Below the pieces are notes generated by a model that worked only from the letters and a program-made list of their open reading frames with translations, did not search any database and was not told the origin of the DNA. Of a stretch of 64,000 nucleotides of DNA, positions 57,643 through 64,000 are shown piece after piece. Source of the stretch: an uncultured Nitrososphaerales archaeon (lineage in GTDB: Archaea > Thermoproteota > Nitrososphaeria > Nitrososphaerales > Nitrososphaeraceae); assembly GCA_963695855.1 (NCBI GenBank), contig CAVOHZ010000010.1, forward strand, positions 960,001 through 1,024,000, read 5' to 3'. Numbering within the stretch: the first letter of the stretch is position 1; every line of letters starts with the position of its first letter. Both the position numbers and the translations under genes were made by a program.

Positions 57643-58128
57643 CTAGAGAAATCCATCATTATTTAATTGATTTAATAAAGGAGTAATACTTGATAATATT
57701 TCTTTTTCGTCTAAGATTGTTCTTTTATTAATTTCTAAAATTATAGCTAACATATTTCTATCCTCCCTAGAAGTTGAGACGAAATGGTCATTTATATAAA
57801 ATTTGCTCATGTTATTTGTTATCCAAGATTTCCATTCTATAGCTCTATTGACACTTTTTTCTAATTGCAAAATAGTTTTATCTAATTGAATATATTCAAC
57901 ATCTAACAGATCTAATTTAAGCATTGGTACCATTAAATGACCTCCTTCAACCTCCATCTTATCTTCTTTCATTTTAATGATAATTTCTTCTTCTTGGCTT
58001 TCATTTTTTGTATTAGCATTATATTTTGGATAATAGTATCCAGCTAAATTATTATTCCAATCATATATTTTGTAGACTGTATCTTCATATTCGCATTTCC
58101 AATTCTTAGTATTTACTTTACCAAACAA
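57643..58128 (-). CDS. Hypothetical protein
   Basis: 161-aa ORF co-oriented downstream of EF-2. Confidence 0.65.
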   Translation of the reverse strand: MFGKVNTKNWKCEYEDTVYKIYDWNNNLAGYYYPKYNANTKNESQEEEIIIKMKEDKMEVEGGHLMVPMLKLDLLDVEYIQLDKTILQLEKSVNRAIEWKSWITNNMSKFYINDHFVSTSREDRNMLAIILEINKRTILDEKEILSSITPLLNQLNNDGFL

Positions 58129-58228
58129 CTGCTGTTATTCCTATAACATGAGATTTAAAAAATCTATCGAATAACAATTGCTAAGAGAAGAGGAAGGTGT
58201 TTTTAAGCTTGTCTATTGCTCAAAAGAT

Positions 58229-60430
58229 CTATTCTTTATCTATAAATTCGTCTGGATTTGGCGGTTCTGGATTAAGACCTTTTCTTTTCCTAACATCGGT
58301 CACCAAATTTTTAAATACTGATTGAGGAACAGATTGCCAACTTTTGAAATATGTATTCCACATAGCTTTTCCAGCTGTCCCTCCTCGCATTGCTTCTGAT
58401 AAATCAAAAGTTTCGGATGCAGGAACTTCTCCTAACATAATCGCAATGACACCTTTTTGATCAACATTCAATAATTTTCCTCGTCTTCCAGAGAGAATCC
58501 CCGCTACAGTCCCTATCTGCTCTTGAGGGCATTTGACTTCTATCCCCAATATTGGTTCCAATAAAACAGGGTCAGCAATTAACATTGAACCTAACATTGC
58601 TCTCCTCGTTGCAGGCATTAATTGAGCTAAACCCCTATGAGCTGGATCTTCATGAGGAACAAAGTGATGAAGAATGAATTTGACTCCACGAAGCGTTTCG
58701 TGCGCCAAACCGCCAGAATGTACTACATCGTCAAAACCAGATTTAATTGAATCCATAGATTCTTGTATAAATTGTACGCCCTTAGTTTCATCTATCAACA
58801 TATTACCAGATGGATCAATGGCGCTAACATTCCTAGCTTGATCTGCACTCCACCCTTTTTCTCTGAGAATCCTAGCAAGTTCTTTTTTGTCCATGTCTTC
58901 TCGTATTTGTCCAGTTTTAATCATCTCGATTATATTTTCCTCGAGTGGCTCTACACGCATAAATATTTTGTTGTGTCTATTTGGAGATTTACTCATTATA
59001 GGACCTGCAGGTGAACGAATTGTTTCTCTATAATTAATTAAAGGTTGTGATGTTGAAATTTCTAGATTTGCTTCTTGTAAAAGGGAAGTTGCGATTTCTA
59101 AATGCAAAACTCCCATTCCCGCCATTAGTGTTTCTCCTGTCTCTTCATTTATCTTAACTATAAGATTTGGATCCTCAACAGTTATTTTACGAAGACCTTC
59201 TACAAGTTTAGGTAGATCTTTTGGATGTTTTGGTTCAACTGCTATAGTTACTACAGGCTCAGAAACATATTTAATTGATTCAAATGCAATATTATTTTTT
59301 ACACTTGAAATAGTTTCCCCAGCAACAGCATAATCTAAACCTAAAAGTGCAGGAATATTACCTGCGGGTAATACACTTACTACTTCCCTAGTATTGCCCA
59401 TGTAGATATTTACAGACTGTACTTTTCCTGATCTTTTTGCATCTATAAGGTAAACTTCATCACCGTCTTTAACGGTTCCAGAAAAGAGTCTGCCTGTTGC
59501 TATTCGACCGGCCTGAGGATCTACGTTTATAGTTGTCACCATCATTATGGCAGGACCGTTTTCATCACAATTTATTAATGCTTTTCCAATATCAGAATTA
59601 AGATCCCCTGTCCAAATCTTTGGAATCCTATATTTTTGTGCCACATGTGGAGGAGGATGGTGTTGGACTACCATTCCAAGAACTGCTTCATGAAGTGGAG
59701 CTCGTTCAGAAAGAGACTTAATTCTATTAGGATCGTCAGAAGTATAGGCATCATATACATCTTTAAAACTAAATCCTTTTTTCTGTGCTACTTTGAAGTT
59801 GAAACCCCATCTATCTTTTGCAGAACCAAAGGCTACAGTATTTCCTTGAATACTAACTTTCCATTTTTCTTTCAGCTCAGGTTCGGCATATATATCTACA
59901 AGCTTATTAAATTCTGCTATGATATTAGATAACCATTTTTGCATTGCAGGAGGATCAAGACGTAATTCTTTTACTAATCGATCAATTTTGTTAATATATA
60001 GAACGGGCCGAACTCTTTCCTCTAATGCTTGTCTTGTTACAGTCTCTGTCTGAGTCATTATCCCTTCTACTGAATCAGACACTACAACTACACCATCTAT
60101 TGCACGAAGAGCTCTTGTAACTCTCCCAGTAAAATCTATGTGTCCTGGAGTATCTATCATATTAATGACATATTCTCTTCCCTCATGCTCATAAAATAAA
60201 GTTACATTGGCACCTCTAATTGTCATCTGTCGATTTTGCTCTAGCTTCATAGAGTCTAAAGCTAATGCTTGCCCTGCTATAGAAGGCGATATTATACCAG
60301 ATGCAGCTAAGAGACTATCACTCATGGTCGTTTTACCATGGTCGACGTGAGCAATAACACCAAAATTTCGGATTTGGTCTTTATGATCAATAATCCTTAG
60401 AATATCTTGTGTTGATTTGAATTTAGGCAT
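58229..60430 (-). CDS. fusA: Translation elongation factor EF-2 (archaeal)
   Basis: AHVDHGKTT, DTPGHIDF, NKID, SPNRHN, diphthamide-site HEDPAHRG. Confidence 0.97.
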   Translation of the reverse strand: MPKFKSTQDILRIIDHKDQIRNFGVIAHVDHGKTTMSDSLLAASGIISPSIAGQALALDSMKLEQNRQMTIRGANVTLFYEHEGREYVINMIDTPGHIDFTGRVTRALRAIDGVVVVSDSVEGIMTQTETVTRQALEERVRPVLYINKIDRLVKELRLDPPAMQKWLSNIIAEFNKLVDIYAEPELKEKWKVSIQGNTVAFGSAKDRWGFNFKVAQKKGFSFKDVYDAYTSDDPNRIKSLSERAPLHEAVLGMVVQHHPPPHVAQKYRIPKIWTGDLNSDIGKALINCDENGPAIMMVTTINVDPQAGRIATGRLFSGTVKDGDEVYLIDAKRSGKVQSVNIYMGNTREVVSVLPAGNIPALLGLDYAVAGETISSVKNNIAFESIKYVSEPVVTIAVEPKHPKDLPKLVEGLRKITVEDPNLIVKINEETGETLMAGMGVLHLEIATSLLQEANLEISTSQPLINYRETIRSPAGPIMSKSPNRHNKIFMRVEPLEENIIEMIKTGQIREDMDKKELARILREKGWSADQARNVSAIDPSGNMLIDETKGVQFIQESMDSIKSGFDDVVHSGGLAHETLRGVKFILHHFVPHEDPAHRGLAQLMPATRRAMLGSMLIADPVLLEPILGIEVKCPQEQIGTVAGILSGRRGKLLNVDQKGVIAIMLGEVPASETFDLSEAMRGGTAGKAMWNTYFKSWQSVPQSVFKNLVTDVRKRKGLNPEPPNPDEFIDKE

Positions 60431-61292
60431 ATTTAGACATAACAAAAAAAAATGCGCAGGGTTATTAAACTTTCCTTATATAGACTATCCGCAAGTTGGA
60501 AGTAAACAAGTATGAAATGGCTAATATAATGAAGCGATATTTTGATGGTAATTTGGATATCTGGTTGGTATCCAATTTTCAGAACAAAGGGGCCTTATAG
60601 CAGAGAATTTTATCCCTTCGTTAGTTGACGAATCTAGAAGATATCAATTTGCAATCGGTGTCGTAAATATTACCCATAAGCATGTACTTCTCTATACTGA
60701 AAACTTCAGTTGAATTCGCCTCTAGAAAATATCTGGATAGAAAAATAAAGCTGTATTTCATAGCTGGAACCGAATTATCTGGTGTTTATTGAAGTGCATC
60801 AATAAACAAAATTGTGATCAACAATATATATACAATTAGAACAAGTTGTCTATCTATTCATATAACATTATCACTACAAATATTCGATTTCTGAAAGGAT
60901 GTGAAATTCCATCAAGGTAACAGTTGATATAAATTATACTGACGAGCAAAAATTCATTTACAAATTGTTTCAAATAAAAATTTTTAATATGCTTGAAAAT
61001 CGATCCTTCCAATGTTTACTGAATACACGAAATTTAGTTAGCCAATATATATGATTAAAAGTTGATGATCCATATTATCAATTTTAGACAATTATTTATT
61101 GAAATACAAAATAATAATGTCTATAAATCAAATTGAGAAATTAAGGTTCTAAAGAGTCTTATGCAGTACTCAAAATCCAGTAAAGATATGGTTCATTAAT
61201 CTCAATCATTATACGAATTTTTCTATATGGAACTTCATTTTTTAGCATGTGAACAGACTTATATTAGTCGCTATAAATAAAAATTTGATCGT

Positions 61293-62072
61293 ATGAACAT
61301 AAGTGACAAGTCAAGAAAAGCAATGGAGACTATTGGCTTGACAAGTTACGAAATTAAAGTATATTTATCTTTATTGGAACATGGATCTTTAACTGCTTCT
61401 GATATTTCTAAAAAATCAGGTGTGCCTTATTCAAAAATATACGAAGTACTAAATTCCTTACAAGATAAAGTATGGCTAGAATCAAACAGTTCTAGGCCTC
61501 AAAAATTTTTTCCTAAATCTCCTTCAACAGCCTTAGAAGCGATAAAACTGCAGAAAGAGAATGAAATAAGATACAATGAAGAAATTATTAACAATGAATT
61601 GATGCCCGTATATGAAAAAAGCGGAATTAAGGAAAAACCAGAAATCTGGGTAGTTAGAGGATTTTATAATATAGCTAGTAAAGTAAATGAGATAATTCAA
61701 AACAGTCAAAGGGAATTGCTAATTGCCTTACCGCAGATCGCTCAGGAAATCGCCAAACCATTACAGCCACTTCTTAGAACCTTACATGACAAAGGAATTA
61801 AAATAATAGTCTTGGTGTCCGAAGGAACCAATATAGAAATAGTAAGGGCAATCTCCAGAATAGCTGATGTCAGAATCAAAGACAACATGTTTGGAGGAGG
61901 AGTCATTGGAGATGGTAAACAGGTGTTAATTTTACTGGGTGAAGAAAGAATAGAAAAAGGTAACTTTGAACCAATAGCAATATGGGCAGAACATCCTGGA
62001 TTAGCTGGCTATGCAAAAGATTATTTTCAATATTTATGGAATGACGCAAGATCTGATAAGGATCGAAATTAA
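61293..62072 (+). CDS. TrmB-family transcriptional regulator
   Basis: GLTSYEIKVY, SGVPYSKIYEVLNSL, IWVVRG. Confidence 0.9.
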   Translation: MNISDKSRKAMETIGLTSYEIKVYLSLLEHGSLTASDISKKSGVPYSKIYEVLNSLQDKVWLESNSSRPQKFFPKSPSTALEAIKLQKENEIRYNEEIINNELMPVYEKSGIKEKPEIWVVRGFYNIASKVNEIIQNSQRELLIALPQIAQEIAKPLQPLLRTLHDKGIKIIVLVSEGTNIEIVRAISRIADVRIKDNMFGGGVIGDGKQVLILLGEERIEKGNFEPIAIWAEHPGLAGYAKDYFQYLWNDARSDKDRN

Positions 62073-62271
62073 TGAATAATTTATTTAGTTGAGAAGATTT
62101 ACTAATTTCAATAAATAGGTTTTATGAGTTAAATTTTTATCTTATTTTATAGTGTGGATTTTGGCAAACGATGACTAAACTAGCCCTACTGATAAATAAA
62201 AATGATGAAGATCTTGAGTTTGGAGTTTGTCAAATCCATCATTGATTTAGTCTACTGTAAATACTACTATA

Positions 62272-63342
62272 TTAGATATCTTTTCTTCCTTTAACAAACT
62301 CTTGAAAGTTTTCTTTTGCTTTTGTATATGACATTTGAATTGGTGGATGTTTAAAGCAATATGCCGAAACACTTTCAAGTGAACCAGATAATCCTCTGTC
62401 AATGCCAATTTTAGTAGCTCTTATTGCATCTATCATTATACCTGCACTATTGTAGGCATCTGCTACCCTTAATTTCAAGTCTAATTCAATAGGAATATTT
62501 CCAAATTTTTTACCGCGGATATTGATATAACATATTTTATCATTCTTTAAAGAACTAACATAGTCCGAAGGACCTATCCTCATTGGAATGGTATATGGAG
62601 ACATTGCTTCTACAGCACTTGTTTTACTAATTCGTTTATCCTCTAACCGTTCATCATCAAGCATGTTGTAAAAATCCATGTCACCACCTATATTCAGTTG
62701 ATAAGTATCGTCTACCTTGACACCTCTATCAATAAAAAGCTTGACCAAGGTTTTATGAACAACTGTTGCACCCACCTGGCTCATTATATCATCACCAGCA
62801 CACAGAACATTATTATCTTTAAATGCAGTTTGCCAATGAGGTTCTGATGCTATGAAAACTGGTATTGCATTTATGAATGACACTCTTGCATCCAAACATT
62901 GTTGTGCATAAAACTTTGTTGCTTCTCTACTACCTACAGGCAGATAATTCAGAAGTATATCAGTGTTCGTATCCTTCAAGATAGTAGAAACGTCTGCAAC
63001 AGGAATATCGGAAATACGAATCTTCTCCGCAAGATGTTTTCCTACTCCATCCAATACTTCTCCCTTATTGACCTTTACATCCAATCTATCCAGTGAAATT
63101 ATCTTCATGGCATTATTAGGTTCAGAAAAAATAGCCTCAGATACGTCCAATCCGACCTTTGAGTCAGATACATCAAAAGCTGCTACAAACTCAATATCTT
63201 CAGGAGTATAACCTGCCAAATTATATGCGGTTAAACCAGTAGGATCCTTTTCTTTCATTGATTGGTAATAATGAATCCCCTGGATAAGAGCTGAAGCACA
63301 ATTTCCAACTCCAGCAATTGCAACCTTAATTTTTTCTGTCAT
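62272..63342 (-). CDS. ino1: myo-Inositol-3-phosphate synthase
   Basis: GVGNCAS, NYLPVGS, GDD, YQLNIGG, SKT, IGPSDYV. Confidence 0.93.
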   Translation of the reverse strand: MTEKIKVAIAGVGNCASALIQGIHYYQSMKEKDPTGLTAYNLAGYTPEDIEFVAAFDVSDSKVGLDVSEAIFSEPNNAMKIISLDRLDVKVNKGEVLDGVGKHLAEKIRISDIPVADVSTILKDTNTDILLNYLPVGSREATKFYAQQCLDARVSFINAIPVFIASEPHWQTAFKDNNVLCAGDDIMSQVGATVVHKTLVKLFIDRGVKVDDTYQLNIGGDMDFYNMLDDERLEDKRISKTSAVEAMSPYTIPMRIGPSDYVSSLKNDKICYINIRGKKFGNIPIELDLKLRVADAYNSAGIMIDAIRATKIGIDRGLSGSLESVSAYCFKHPPIQMSYTKAKENFQEFVKGRKDI

Positions 63343-63426
63343 TCCTTTTTATTAACCTAAATTGATCATTCATTTATATTTTTTTAAGAATTCCAAAAAA
63401 GAAAGAAAAACCAGATCTTAGATAAC

Positions 63427-64000
63427 CTATGTTTTCAACTTAAATAGAACTACCGAAATAGTGCTATCTGTAAAATATTCTTTGGGGATAGAGGATTTCG
63501 GAAAATAAACACAATGTTCTTCCAAAGGACATATCTGCAATCGATACCGATCTGCTATTGAAACGATCTTAATAACAAATTCACCTGATTGAGGCAAATT
63601 GATTAATAGTTGCAATATTCCAGTAGTTTTTATTGCAGTCGACACACCATGGAAAATTAAATGAAATTTATTAATTTCTAAATCAAAATCAATTCGATCG
63701 CCAGCAGGTGTAGAAAAATTAAAAAAAATATTGTCTATTGAATTATTCTAAATATTAGGTAATAATTTTATTGCGTCACCCCAAAAAATTGTTGCATTTT
63801 GAGGCTTTAGCACCGAAATTCTATTTTTTATATTTATTACCGATTCCTGGTCTGTATCTATTCCAATGAAGTATTCTTCAGGATGATCCGAAGATACATG
63901 AAACAAAAGGTCTCCAGTTTTTAAACCTATTTCCAAATTTATTTTAGAATAAGATTTTTTGGCATTTACAATTATTCTGTTGATTTGATTTGACGAGTTA
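63427..64000 (-). pseudogene. Class I methyltransferase (tRNA m7G46 TrmB-like) with one in-frame TAG at 63748-63750; 5' end beyond window
   Basis: LEIGLKTG...FIGID...GDA...PNI*NNSIDNIFFNFSTP...IKTTGILQL all in one frame. Confidence 0.6.

Noticed and set aside
58229-60430. EF-2 not adjacent to rps12/rps7
   Set aside because: Normal length and motifs; separation from the str cluster is not unusual enough to flag.

Overview
AT-rich archaeal chromosome segment. Gene content (archaeal EF-2, archaeal PyrH, PurP, MpgS, Ino1, TrmB/Lrp/wHTH regulators, F420-type oxidoreductases) points to a soil ammonia-oxidising Nitrososphaeraceae lineage, e.g. Ca. Nitrosocosmicus-like; this is inferred, not database-checked. 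About 1-50 kb is accessory: two RTX-like secreted proteins, a sugar ABC transporter, a UbiE/UbiA-like/chorismate-lyase-like operon, a DUF72-like::DNA polymerase IV fusion, and a ~6.8 kb surface subtilase gene with 330-bp tandem Ig-like repeats and a Gly/Ala linker. Next to that protease lies a small secreted prepro-like peptide gene co-oriented with a multi-pass membrane protein. About 51-64 kb is mostly housekeeping. Several single-base frame disruptions suggest residual assembly errors. I recognised no rRNA, tRNA, CRISPR array or IS element. Best candidates for new biology: (1) the peptide + membrane receptor-like pair beside the subtilase, (2) the DUF72-DinB fusion, (3) the giant modular protease, (4) the Ubi-like operon.
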